NCBI RefSeq assembly: GCF_009914755.1
Contig: NC_060931.1
From: the human T2T-CHM13v2.0 reference genome, Homo sapiens
DNA: 64,000 nucleotides
Reading direction: 5' to 3' (one strand)
The first letter of the stretch is position 1. Each line of letters starts with the position of its first letter. The notes under the pieces are model-generated. The model saw only the letters and a list, made by a program, of their open reading frames with translations, made no database searches and had not been told where the DNA came from. A program made the position numbers and the translations under genes. Shown in pieces: positions 1 through 14,476 of the stretch.

Positions 1-959
1 CCAAAACACAAGTCATAATTACCAGTTTTCCTATAAATGGAACAGTCTTTCTACTGTTATTAAGAAAGCTTACCTCTTTCCCATGAATTGCTTACTGAAC
101 ACATGAATCAGTATGTTGCCACTTCATGTTTCTTTAATTAAATAATGTTTTAAAGTAACATTAATAGAATGTAGTTAACACTGAAACAGTTCTAGGACAA
201 TCATCAGTCAGTCCCACATTAAGAACTGCCAAAAGTGTTAACTAGAGCCCTGTGCTAAGCATATTGAACATTCAAAACAAAAAAAAGAACAAAGATTTCT
301 GAAAGGAAATTTTTACATACATAGTATTTATCTTTTGTCTTAAAAATCAACAGAAAACACTACTATAATTTTGTGAAGGCTTTTACATATTCATCATTTC
401 ACTTTATTTTCATAGCACTCCTATGATCTACTTAACACATATGGCCTACTAGAAGTTCAGTGCATACCATAAGGAGGGGGAGGAGGATCAAGAGATGCCA
501 GTGAAAGGCAAGCATTCAACTGAGTTCTCATGTATAATGAAACTTATTTGAGATTGTGTGACTTACTGTTAGTATGAGAAGGCATGTGCAGGAAGAATAT
601 GAGTGGAATATCATCAGTGTTAGAGGCAATCCTGCAAAAACTAAAGGGAGATGAACATTTTCTGTGGCTCTAGAATAGGAATATAAAGACCACTCTGAAT
701 CATAATCTCTTCCCTATTTGATGTTCTCTGACACTATTCCCATGGAAGTATATATTAATGTGTGTAAAACAAAAAAGTTCTGAGTTAATTAGGAGTAATT
801 ATCAATAGTACTTTATCTTTTTATGGTAAAAAAAAGTTATAAAGGCAATAACTGCTTGCTAGTCACAGAAAAGATGGGATATTTTTATGATGGGAATTAA
901 GTCACCTCCATAAAACATTACCAGAAATTACGCTAACAAGAGCTCTATAAAAATAATCA

Positions 960-1272
960 GCCAGGCACGGTGGCTCATGCCTGTAATCCCAGCACTTTGG
1001 GAGGCTGAGGCGGACGGATCATGAGGTCAGGAGATCGAGACCATCCTAGCTAACATGGTGAAATCCCATCTCTACCAAAAATACAAAAAAATTAGCCGGG
1101 CATGGTGGCATGCGCCTGTAGTGCCAGCTACTCTGGAGGCTGAGGCAGGAGAATCACTTGAACCCGGGGGGGGGGGGGGGGCGGAGGTTGCAATGAGCCG
1201 AGATCACACCACTGCACTCCAGCATGGATGATAGAGCGAGACTCCGTCTCCAAAAAAAAAAAAAAAAAAAAA
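960..1272 (+). mobile_element. Alu (S/Y-type) with internal G16 run
   Basis: Dimeric Alu with A-tail; G16 at 1166-1181. Confidence 0.95.
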
Positions 1273-1628
1273 CCATACCTACTTAAGACTTAATTACAAT
1301 TTTATGGCTGACACCAATAATCCCCTTTAATATTAAAAATACATCTATAAGCCAAAATAGAAATTTATTTTGCAAAATAAATGGTACAAGGTAAAAAATA
1401 CAGTTTAAAAATATCAAGTCAATTGAGAAACAACCCCAAGCAGTACATTAAACTGTTTAAAATATGCCAAAATAAGTGACTAATTCAAAGTATCCTAACA
1501 TTTTATTTCAATTAAGCAGTTCTAAAACTATAAAGTAAAAATTTTCTGGTGTTATTAACTTAAAGGTTACATATTTAGTGCAAGAAAAAATATAAAACAA
1601 AAGTATTCCCCAACTTAAATATAATTAA

Positions 1629-1941
<313 letters not shown>

Positions 1942-2079
1942 TAAAGTATCTTTTAAAGATATCCACACTTCTTTACTTTTTAAAAACAGATTAATTTTGG
2001 AACAATAGTTAAAAATAGTCTGCCAAGATATTGTATTACTCTCTCCCTGGAAGTGTAGTTTCAAAATCGGCAAGGTGAT

Positions 2080-2208
2080 GCTGGGTGCGGTGGCTCATGC
2101 CTGTAATCCCAGCACTCTGGGAAGGACTGCTTGAGCCCAGGATTTCGAGACTAGCCTGAGCAACACAGCATCTCTACCAAAACAAACAAACAAACAAACA
2201 AAAAAAAC
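2080..2208 (+). mobile_element. Alu monomer (FLAM-like) with (CAAA)n tail
   Basis: Left-arm Alu sequence only. Confidence 0.8.
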
Positions 2209-3074
2209 CCAAGGATTTTTTTTAAAAACTCTGCAAGGTGACCCAACAAAACTGGAACGATACTCCTTGCAACATGGTCAAAACTTAGTCAGTTTCTACC
2301 TTCGCAATTGTCACCTGACCCTCTACTAGTCAGGTATTCCACACTTCCTCTCTAGAAACATGTGTTTCCTGTTATTTTGTTTTTAAATTATTAAATGAAA
2401 ATCATGATGAGAAACATCATTTTACACTGTAGGGATAATTCCCTGGGCTAACCAGTAAAAAGCTATCAGTGCAGTTTAAAACAAAGTAAAGGGGCCCTAT
2501 AGGCCCCACTGAAAAAGGTAGAAATATGACCAACTACTACCATATGCCTTTCCTTAGAAGAAACATAATGATTTAATGATGCCCCTAAGATTCATAAAGA
2601 TACTAACTCTGAAATATCACAGAACATGACATAGGTTTCAAATGGAAGAACTCTTCTAATGAAGATGGAGAATAACACATTGTAAACTAGTATCTTTCAC
2701 AACCTAATTGACACTTTCGGTGACTTTTTTTGGTGAATAAACATCTTAACATATTCATTTTCCCCTATACACATTTTGATTACACCTCATAATGCAACAC
2801 GGTAAAAAGGACGTGATTGACTTTTCTGTGCAACCTACTAAAATATGTCCTTTCTTATAAGGAAATTAATTTTGGTTGCAACTTTTACCTGTCACTTTTC
2901 ATGAACCTCACCACCACATAATTCAAGACAGAGATATATTAACTATATACTGAAGTCTTAAGTATTTGGGGGTAGAAGACACCTTTGAAAACCTGAATAA
3001 AATTATGAGTCTTCTCCTTCCAAAAGTATGGTAACAAGAAATTAAAAAGTCAAAGTTCTAAAAATCTTCTCAAC

Positions 3075-3800
3075 TGGACCTACCTGATTTTAAATTTAAC
3101 TATAAAGCTATCATAACTAAGGTAGTGGGGTATTAGCCTAAGAAAACACACACAGATCAATAAAACAGTAGAATCCAAAACTCACAAACATAAGCAATTG
3201 ATTTCAATAAAAGTGCCAAGGTGATTCAAAAGAAATTTGATAAATGTGAAACAACTGGACATCCATATGTAAAATAATGAATGAACCTTAACCACTGCTT
3301 CACAATTGCTGGAGTGCAATGACGCGATCTCGGCTCACTACAACCTCCCTCTCCCGGGTTCAAGTGTTTCTCCTGCCTCAGCCTCCCAGGTAGCTGGGAT
3401 TGCAGGTGCCCACCACCATGCTCGGCTAATTTTTGTATTTTTAGTAGAGAGGGGGTTTCACCATGTTGGCCAGGCCAGTCTCAAACTCCTGACCTCAGGT
3501 GATCTGCCCTCCTCAGCCTCCCAAAGTGCTGAAATTACAGGTGTGAGCCACCATGCCCGGCCCCACTGATATGACTTTTATATGACTCCATTTATATGAC
3601 TTTCTGGAAAGGGCACAGAGATCAGACCAGTGTTTGCCAGGGGCTGAGGGTAGAAGATGAAACTGAGTGCAAAGAGGAACTAGGAGCTGGGCTTGGTGCA
3701 TGCCTGTAGTCCTAGCTACTTGGGAGGCTGAGGCTGGAAGATTGCTTGAGCCCAGAGTTCAAGTCCAGCCTGGGCAATACAGTGAAACTCCACCTCTCTC
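3075..3800 (+). mobile_element. Old L1M fragments interrupted by a tail-less minus-strand Alu (3308-3563), then an Alu monomer (3687-3800)
   Basis: L1 ORF2-like 3075-3305 and L1 3'UTR-like 3565-3685. Confidence 0.7.
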
Positions 3801-3917
3801 TCCCTCTCAAATAAATCAATCTAGTTTTTACAAAAGCAATTATGAACTTTCTATAGACCTCTAACCTACATCTTACTTTGAGAACCTCAAATATAACATA
3901 TATAGTCTCCCTTAGAC

Positions 3918-4236
3918 CAGGAGTCAGAACAGTTCAGCCCATGAACTGGCCCACTATCTGCTTTTGTATAGCTCACAAGCTAAGAATACTTTTTACATGT
4001 TTAAGTGGTAGAAAAAAAATCAAAAGAAGATTTTCATGACACATGAAAATGATATGAAATTCAAATTTCAGTGTCCTGAAAATGACTACTGGAACAGAGT
4101 CAAACTCATTTGTTTAAATATTGTCTATTAGCTACTTCTGAGCTACTACAGTATTGTTGAGGAATTGTGAGAGGAACTGTATGTCCCACAATGCCTAAAA
4201 TATTTGCCATCTGACCCTTAAGATTGCTGACCTCTG
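3918..4236 (+). mobile_element. MER58B-like hAT-Charlie MITE
   Basis: CAGG..CTG terminal inverted repeats, body matching the MER58 consensus and an ~8-bp TSD CCTTAGAC/CCTTAAGA. Confidence 0.8.
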
Positions 4237-4416
4237 CCTTAAGACACAAGTTGTTGAAATTTTCTACACAGATGATACCTGAGAAGATTTATGCCAGCAC
4301 AAACCTCTCTTCCATACATAGTAGCTCTAAAATTTTTACAGCCATAAAACCCTTTTTTCAAGGAAACTAACATGTAAAGCAGATAAATGAAGAACTTCAA
4401 TAGTTATGGTATAGGG

Positions 4417-4739
4417 CAGCACTCCCCAACCTTTTTGGGACCAGTGACCAATTTCATGGAAGACAATTTTTCCATGGACAGGGGTAGAGGGGGTTTCAGG
4501 ATGAAATTGTTCCACCTCAGATCATCAGGCATTAGATTCTCACAAGAAGCACACAATCTAGATCCCTCACATGCACAGTTTCTGATAGGGTTCACGCTCC
4601 TGCCGCTGATCTGACAGGAGGTGGAGCTTTGGCGGTAATGCTCACTTGCCTGCCACTCACCTCCTGCGGTGTAGTCAGGTTCCTAACAGGTCACGGACTG
4701 GTAGATACGAGGCTGTGGCCCAGGGGTTGGGGGCCCCTG
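4417..4739. mobile_element. MER1B-like hAT-Charlie element
   Basis: TIRs CAG..CCCCAACC / GGTTGGGG..CCCCTG and an 8-bp TSD GTATAGGG/GTATAGAG. Confidence 0.85.
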
Positions 4740-5059
4740 GTATAGAGGCACTAAACAGAGCCCTGGGGTAACCTCTGAAGAAGGTCCTTGAAACCCCAAA
4801 ACAGTGTTTTTCAAACTGCCTGTTGCAGCCAATTTGGCTGTCAATTTCATAAGGTGATTTTGTGACCGGCAGAAAAAAAGAATAGAATGTTACAGAAAAT
4901 CAGATCACCTCATATCCAGTAAGGTTTTATTCACTAATTCTTTCACCAAATATTTTAGTACCTATGTGCCAGGTACTATTATAGATGAAGATTTTAAAAC
5001 TACAAAACAGACAAAAACAGTTTCACATATGCATTAGTGCAATTTGGAATTTTTATTCT

Positions 5060-5368
5060 GGCCAGGTGTGGTGGCTCACGCCTGTAATCCCAGCACTTTG
5101 GGAGGCTGAGGCGGGCAGATCACGAGGTCAGGAGATTGAGACCATCCTGGCCAACACGGTGAAACCCCGTCTCTACTAAAAATACAAAAAATTAGCTGGG
5201 CGTGGTGGCAGGCGCCTGTAGTCCCAGCTACTGGGGAGGCTGAGGCAGGAGAAAGGCAGAAAGGCGTGAACCCGGGAGGCAGAGCTTGCAGTGAGCTGAG
5301 ATCGCGCCACTGCACTCCAGTCTGCGAGACAGAGCGAGACTCCGTCTCAAAAAAAAAAAAAAAAAAAA
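5060..5368 (+). mobile_element. AluY-type
   Basis: CpG-rich dimeric Alu with GAGCTTGCAGTGAG diagnostic and A-tail. Confidence 0.95.
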
Positions 5369-5943
5369 TTATTATTTACAATGATAGAATGTTTTCGAAA
5401 AATTCTCCTAGAGCTCTGGCGTACTTTGAAAACCACCGTCCCACAGTACATTTGTCCCAAACGTGCTGTCAGGAACTGCAGCTACATTACAAGAATGAAA
5501 ACGACGCTTTATCCGATGTTACAGAGCTTCCAGAAGATATAAAGTTAATTGAGTTCAAAGCAATTTTTATATTCTACATCACCAGGGCCCAGAAAAAGAA
5601 GTTACTGGGCATTGAGTTCCCTCTATATGCATAGTCTTGATACAGGAAGGAATTAGAATAATAGTTTTTTTTTTTAAGCCCAAGAGAAAACATGGACACA
5701 AAAATAATCTCAGAGGGTAGGGGGGAAAAATAATTGCTTAATGTTAGGGTGGAGACTGTATTAAAGAGTATCTTCTGATTACCATGCTAATTAAGTATGT
5801 TAGTGATTTAGGCTGGAAAAATTGAAATCGAAAAATAAAAACATGGCAATGAAAACAAAAAATTTAAGAAAGAAATGGAACAAATGAGGCTATATTTTTC
5901 TTCTTACACTAACATGAAGTTATCCATAACCTTATGATTTTAA

Positions 5944-6222
<279 letters not shown>

Positions 6223-9200
6223 TGACTTTACAGAATAACCAATGTAAGTTAAAATAGAGAAACAGAATGAGTAAAGGACTTAAAACACTTTAACTTCTGA
6301 TGAAGACAAAATCTAGTAAGAGCTACTGACAAAAAAAGGCTTAAGGACAATATGAGGCAGAAATGTAAGGTGACTAGACCATACTGGATTTCATAAAACA
6401 AGGGGATTATGACACAAAATGTTCACTAGGTATTCAGCTAAATTAACAACATCAAAGTGTCAAAGAAACAAAATGCACTTCTGCAGTTCTGAAAGAGAAA
6501 ACAATTTTATAATTGGGAGAAAAAGGGAAAAGGAAGAACACAAAAGTAGTCATCGCATTCTCTGACAAGGTGGGCATCAGGTCTTAGAAAATGCCAAAAA
6601 TCAGAGGAACCTATTCCCTCCCTCTCTTCCCCATCACTCATGGAACACAGGTTTCCAGCTGCTATATCCAGACCCACCTCCTATTCATTCTAATCAAGAA
6701 AGCAAGGGATAGAAAAACAAGAAAAGTCAGACTGTTCTAGCCTGTTACCCTAATGTAATTTTTCTGGCCTATTATCCAAATACATGTACAATTAAATCAA
6801 GTTTGCACTCACATTTACTACATTCAAGGATTCAAGCACCCAGTCCAACATTCCTTTCTTAGCTGTTTACTGACAGTTTATTCCTTTAATGGCCAACATA
6901 TAAAATGACTGACAGATAATATTCTAAACAGAAAAAGGAGTGAGTGGATGCCTAAAGAAGGGAGTTCAGTAAATAAGGAGAGAGAAAAGAATATAGAAAG
7001 TGAACACTAGAAATACCAAAGACAAACAACTATTTTATGATTTTTGCCACAAGGGCACCTGTGAATATATCTGTATAAGTATTAACAGCAATAGCCAAAA
7101 CTGCACAAGCACCTGCATTAATGAGAATACCACTTTTCAGGGTTATGATGCAATCCAACCTGGTGTGGCTTGCAAAGATGTATTTTAATACAGTGGACCT
7201 CATTATAAAGGAGATTATATCCCAGAATATTCCCTAGTCAATACATTATTATAATTAAACAGTTTAAGACTGACGATCAGAGATCTTGAAAACAGAACAT
7301 AATAAAATTGTAATTCTAATGCAATTGTGAGAAGCTCCCTTCTACAGAAACAGCACAGGAAGAACAGTTAATAAATATCACTCTGGTATCACACTTAAAA
7401 AAATGTATTTATTATACCATATGGTTAATTTATACCATACACTATTTCATACCATATGGCCATAGAAAAAAAATCAGGTAAATATAAATGGTCAGATGTT
7501 AATGTTTAATGCCAAAAGTACAAGTACATTCATTTGATAAATATTTAATAAGCACTAATCATTTACCAGAATATTCTATTTTGAGCACCTACAAAGTATT
7601 AATACTACAAATACAGGATGTGAAATTTGTTCATTCCCCAACATATTTTAAAGACTAAAATCTACATCCTATGTTCAAGATGTTTGATGGCAGTAAAAAA
7701 TTAAAAACAACCTAACACCCCAAAAAAATGATTAGTTAAATAAATCACAGTATGTCTAATAATACGTAGAAATTTTTGCTTTAAGTTTTTTAAAATACAA
7801 AACTACATAGTGTTATAAAAGCATTAAAAAAGAACAGATGGAATACACCAAAATGTCTATAGTAATAATATCTTAGTGGCAAAATTACTGATGATTTTTT
7901 ACTTTTTGTACTTATAGTTTTCTAATTTTTGATAATGACTTGCTTTCCCTTTGAAATCAGACTTTTTTTTTAGATGAAATTTCCCTCTGGGAAACTTTTA
8001 TTTAAAAAAAAAAAACCTACATTTTACTGTTAGGTAAAATAAATCTTCAGAATAAAATGTGTCATTACACACAAGCAAACCTTTTCATTCTTTCCATGTA
8101 ATTTGCAGTAAAAGATCCCTTTAAGTGAATGTAAGGAAGACTTCAAATAAAAGACCACAGCACATTTCAGTTTCCACTGAATATCAACTTCAAATTTAAA
8201 ATTATTTCTTGGAGGAATTTATTTTATCATCTGTAATACTGATATTTACATTCAAGAGATACATTTTTTAATCAATGTCACCCTCCCAGCCAAATACATT
8301 TATTATCAGTTCAGAAAAAAATGTAGAGGGAAAACTACTGTTCACCACTAAACATTAAAACCTGGGTAAAGAGGACAGTAGGAAACACTTGTTTTTTAAC
8401 CAAGTAAAATGAGAGTATCCTTATAGTTTCAGAAGATATGAATATGCTTTCCAATTACTGGCAATTTATACTTAAATTCAGCTAGCCTAGAGGTTCTCAA
8501 GGATTGGTACATGGGAACTGCTCAAGACATGTGCCAAATACAGAAATCCATGGCCCTCGCTCTCACTTACTAAATCAGACTCTTCAGGGGGTACAGTTCC
8601 AAACAATCTGGCCCTTTCAAATAAAATAGAAGGGTAGAGATTTTACTTCACAAAAGCCTTCTTTACAGAATTGCAAACGGTTCTAATAACTCTGCAGCAA
8701 AGTTCCCAAGATAAACAATTTTATAATCAGAGAATTACAATTTCATAACCCCTACTTATTACTTCACTCATTGTTCCACTCTGTAGTAGTCTTCAAACAA
8801 GATACAATTCAACAAAACTACACATCTATTACAGAGTAAAATAAAATCCAGAGGCACCTGTGCCTGGTTAAGACAAAGGCATATCCGATTCCTGGAGAAA
8901 ACAGACAGCAGATGTGACCCCTAGTATTTATCCATTAAAAACAATGTATCCTAAAAATAAATTTCCATGTCAAAGGAAACAAAGATGTTTATAAATAAGA
9001 AGGAACGTGGAGGTGTGGAGAAGAAAAGAGGAAGCTTCAGAAAGTTAAGTACCAAAAGCCAGGAAACAAGGCAAAATGAATGGTAACTGGAAACAAGGGA
9101 AACAGAATAAACTAGGAAATTGAAGTAGAGAAGAGCTTTCTCCTTAGAAATCAAGAAGCTGGGGGAAAGGAACAGATATGAGAGGAAACTGATCTAAGCA

Positions 9201-10452
9201 AAAATGCATACTGAAAAGTGGAATGATTTTAAGAAACTTAAAAATGAGAAATTTTAGAACAGATCAAATGATGGTACAGAACACATTTTGGGCATGTAAC
9301 AAAGATGATATAAAGAGTAGAAAACAAACATTATCATAAACAAGCTGATGCTGAATAAAGCAAGCATATTGGATGAATTTCCAAAGATGATGATGCAAAA
9401 AAAAAATTGCAGAGAGAATGAGATGTTATGAGAATTGAGAAATTAGATGTTAATAGTAAGTAGCAAAGAGAACTTCGAGCAAAGTCAACAGAGTAAGTCA
9501 CATTACCTAATCAATAACTGTAAACCACAATTATTATACCATATCTTATTTGTAAAGCATAATAAAGTATTATTTTCTGTAATAAAATACCAAATATTTG
9601 TAATAAATTTTATGTAATAAAAAAACGTAAATAATTTGACACAGTGCTAAGAGGCTGACTAATGCAAAAACAGGCTGAGAGAAGCAAGGACTGGAGAGGA
9701 AAAAGGAAAAGGAAAAAAATAGGACAAAAAGGAGGACAACACTAAGAAATCAATCAGACCTATAAAAATGGGTAGGAATAAAGAGGTGTGAATGCACAAT
9801 GGACGACTAGCCAAAAAGTGCCAGTAGTGCAAGCGCGAAAAGAGCCAAGTGAAACCTGATGGAATCTTGACAGCTTCTGGGCTCAGAAAACAAGTAGCTC
9901 CAAAGTGTCCAGGAGGATTTGTGAAGATAACAACAGACAACAATGTTAGGGAGTGGTGAGATCAAGTACAGAGCCTCAAGAGGACCAGGGTAAGAGAAGT
10001 GCAAAAATGCTCTTAAGTGGGAGCTGGGGTTAGAAGGCAGGCAGGTCCGACAACTGGAAAATGAGCGGGCGGTAGATGGGAATAGAATGGGGGTTACCAA
10101 TCAGCGACAGAGCGCTGACAAACATTAGGAACAGAGGACCAGAGACCAGAAAAGGCATCGGAAACTGCGATTTAGGATTGAAAAAGTAAAGACTAAATCA
10201 AAATAATTTGCTGGGTAAAACAGGTGAAGAGAAATCCCCAAATAGAAAAGTGAAAAAGGGCAGCGGACTGAGAAGGGGGGCAGTCCGGGAGAGGAGAGAG
10301 GAAATGATGAGCCCCATCATCCCCACGACCATGTAAGAATTACACGCGACAGTAACTCGGGCTGTTGTCTCAGCCCCAGCAACTAACCTATATCCTCCAC
10401 GTCGAGGCCGCCGCCGCCCCCACCCCACAGAGATGCAGAGCTGGATACTTCA

Positions 10453-11131
<679 letters not shown>

Positions 11132-11141
11132 GACGCTAGGC

Positions 11142-11171
11142 GGGGGTGCGGGGGGGAGCGGGGGAAGGGGG
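11142..11171 (+). other. Strong G4 / i-motif tract immediately upstream of the TSS
   Basis: G5-TGC-G7-AGC-G5-AA-G5. Confidence 0.8.
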
Positions 11172-11186
11172 CGGAGACGACGAGAA

Positions 11187-11200
11187 GTCGCCGCGGCAAC
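11187..11200. promoter_or_regulatory. RFX X-box
   Basis: GTCGCC-GC-GGCAAC fits GTNRCC(N0-3)RGYAAC. Confidence 0.6.
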
Positions 11201-11202
11201 GG

Positions 11203-11250
11203 CGTCACCCGCGTGTCACGGTCGTGACGTCACCCCGGTGCGTGACGTAA
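11203..11250. promoter_or_regulatory. CRE/ATF site cluster
   Basis: Half-CRE CGTCA 11203-11207, full palindrome TGACGTCA 11225-11232 and TGACGTAA 11243-11250. Confidence 0.75.
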
Positions 11251-12397
11251 TCTGAGGCGCGCCTTCGCGCCGTCGTCCGGGGAGGGTTTTTTCCCTTCTA
11301 ACCACCCGCGCTCTCACACTTTGCCTCCGCTCCGCCGTTTCCATGGCTCCGGTTTCCTACTTTCCTCTTGTCTCCTCCGTCCTCAGCCTGTTCTGTAATG
11401 TGGGATTTACTAGAAGAGCAGGGCTGGTGTTCGAGGAGGAGAAGTTGAAATCCTAGAGGGAGGAAGGCGGGGAAGCCAATACTACTTGCTATTTCCACTG
11501 CAATGAACGTCTCTGTGTCATCAAAATAAGAACTTCAACCCCAAGGTTGAAACAGCCAAGCAGAATTTGATGGAAATATATTTAGGAACAGCTAAATTAG
11601 CAGTGCGACGCGTGTTTTCTTTTCATTGAAGAATTCAGCCAGTTAAAACGAGTCTAAATGGAAGTCTGAAAGCTTTTTCTTCATTGTTGAGGAATAAAAT
11701 ATTTCGTGTATTTTTCGTTTTCCAGATTCATTCATTTAACAAATATCAGTTGAGCACTTTCCATGCCGTAGGGCCTGTACAAGGCACATAGCATTCTAGA
11801 CATCTGAAGCATCAAAACTAATCATTTTTATTTTGAAGAAAATCACTCAAAATATTTTATGTACTTTGTGCCTTTCATGAACAGAATATTCCAAGCATTC
11901 TCTGCAAAATACGCATGAAAACAATTGGGAGAGAAGAGGTCAATTATCTTTGAGAAGCCCAATTACAGAATGAAATTCAATTCATTATTAAAAATACATG
12001 GATCTAATAAAGAATAAATAATTGGAAAAGAAAAGTTTAAGGAAGAGAGAAACGGGAATGAGAAACAATTACTGTGGGCTCCCAATGGCCTGGAGTGAAT
12101 CACCAAAGTAACCTAAACATGAAGTCATGAAAAACTAAGTGGATTCTGCCTTTTAGTACTTCCCATCATGGGGGAAGTCACCAGCGACCTCCTTACTGTA
12201 TTTTGGATGATTCAAGAAATAGAAAGGTGTCCTACTGACTTCTGAAACAGGGTGTCTTCATATTGATTAGGGTCACCGTAAGCCTGGGAGCTGATGCTTA
12301 CTCTCAGGTAAAGGATGCTGTGTGAGGCTGCTTGATGAATGAGAATACTAACATTCTTCTGCATTGAAAAAATATAACCTATAAGATGAACATTGTA

Positions 12398-12769
<372 letters not shown>

Positions 12770-13289
12770 TTAAATCAAAAAGTGGCTTGGCAAATGTAGA
12801 GTAAATGATCACAAGGGATGATGTCATCAAGCTAAACTAATCTGAAGCACCCTTTACTATAAGGACATACTTAGAAGCAGACTGAAATAGCACCATTAGC
12901 CAGTCATGGCACCTTTTCCCCTTTCATCACCCTTTCATCAGAAACACAACTGGCAAGATTTTTGTTAATTCTCTAACTGTCCTATTTCATTTTTAAAAAA
13001 TTAGCTGCTAAAAATGTTATATCATTATAACACTTCCTTATAACATTAAAAGTTTTAAAGGCTTTTATCCTCACATTGGTTCCATTTTGAATTCTAGCCT
13101 TATTTGTCAGTATCAGTCTGTAGTTCAGATCTTCCATGATTATTTCTCCACAGGATGACTGGTCTCATCCATTTAATATTGATTCTTCTTAGCGTTCTAC
13201 TCATTTGACATTTTCTGACCTTGCCTTAAAATTCTGGATATATCCTGTTTTACTTCCTTAGGCCATTCTAAAGTCCTACAGTATCCAGA

Positions 13290-14005
13290 TGAGAAACGAG
13301 AGAAAGCATAAGCTTTGGAGTCCAAAGATCAGGATTTTAGCGTCAGCACTCCACACCTTAGCTATACAATCTCAAAGCAGGTAAGCTTAAATCCCTGTTT
13401 GTTGTTTTGTTTTTTAATCTATAAAATGAAGGTTATAATAATGCTAGCCCAACCTGCCAAACTATCATTGTGAGGATCAAACATTATACTTTCACCCTTT
13501 GAAAAATATAAAATTACCCTCTCAGTCAGAATTCAGACAAGGCATAGCAAAGATGGCTTATCTCTGCTCCATGATGTCTGGGGCTTCAGCTGGGAAGACT
13601 CAGTGCCTGGGGGTGTCTCAATGGTTGAAGACTGAAATCCTTTGGAGGCATATTTTCTGACATGGCTGGTGGTTGAAGCTGGGACCTCAGATAGGGCAGT
13701 CAGCCAGAATACCTAAATCTACTCTTCATGTGGCCTGAGCTTCCTCCTAGCATGGCTGCCTCAGAGTAGTCAGACTTCTTACGAAGCAGCTCAGGGCTTC
13801 AAATGCTAGTGTTTCAGTAAACAAGGTTAAAGCTGAATTGCATTTTATGATCTAGCCTCCAAAGCCACACAGCATGACTTCTGCTGCATCATTTTATATT
13901 ATGAGCAAGTCAGTAAGTCGGGCTCAAATTCAAGGAGAGGGGATATTGAGCCCACTTCTCAATGAAGTGTCAAAGAATTTACAGCCATGTTTTAAAACCA
14001 CCACG
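13290..14005. mobile_element. MIR fragment (~13290-13490) and old MLT1-type MaLR LTR (~13520-14005)
   Basis: MIR core-like ATCTATAAAATG..GTGAGGAT; MLT1-like CTGGGGCTTCAGCTGGGAAGACT..TTTAAAACCACCAC. Confidence 0.6.
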
Positions 14006-14121
14006 TCATGTTTAAAATAATAAACTGGCTATCTGCAGCCGCACACAAACCTTCTTCCAAAGCGTTCTACACCAGTCAACTTTCTCTCCTCTTTATTACT
14101 AGTAATCACCAAGACACATCT

Positions 14122-14476
14122 CAGTATTTGGCTGTGTCCCCACTCAAATCTCATCTTGAATTCCCATGTGTTGTGGGAGGGACCCCATGGGAGCTGATTG
14201 AATTATGGGAGTAGATCTTCCCTGCACTGTTCTCATGATAGTGAATGAGTCTCACAAGATCTGATGGTTTTAAAAACGGGAGTTTCCCTGCACAAACTCT
14301 CCCTTTGCCTGCTACCATCCGTGTAATACGTTGACTTGCTCCTCCTTGCCTTCTGCCATGATTGTGAGGCTTCCCCAGCCACAGCCATGTGGAACTGTAA
14401 GTCTAATTAAACCTCTTTTATAAATTGCCCAGTCTCGGGTATGTCTTTATCAGCAGTGTGAAAATGGACTAATACA
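14122..14476 (+). mobile_element. THE1A/B solo LTR (ERVL-MaLR)
   Basis: TTTGGCTGTGTCCCCAC...GGACTAATACA termini and internal THE1 consensus. Confidence 0.92.
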
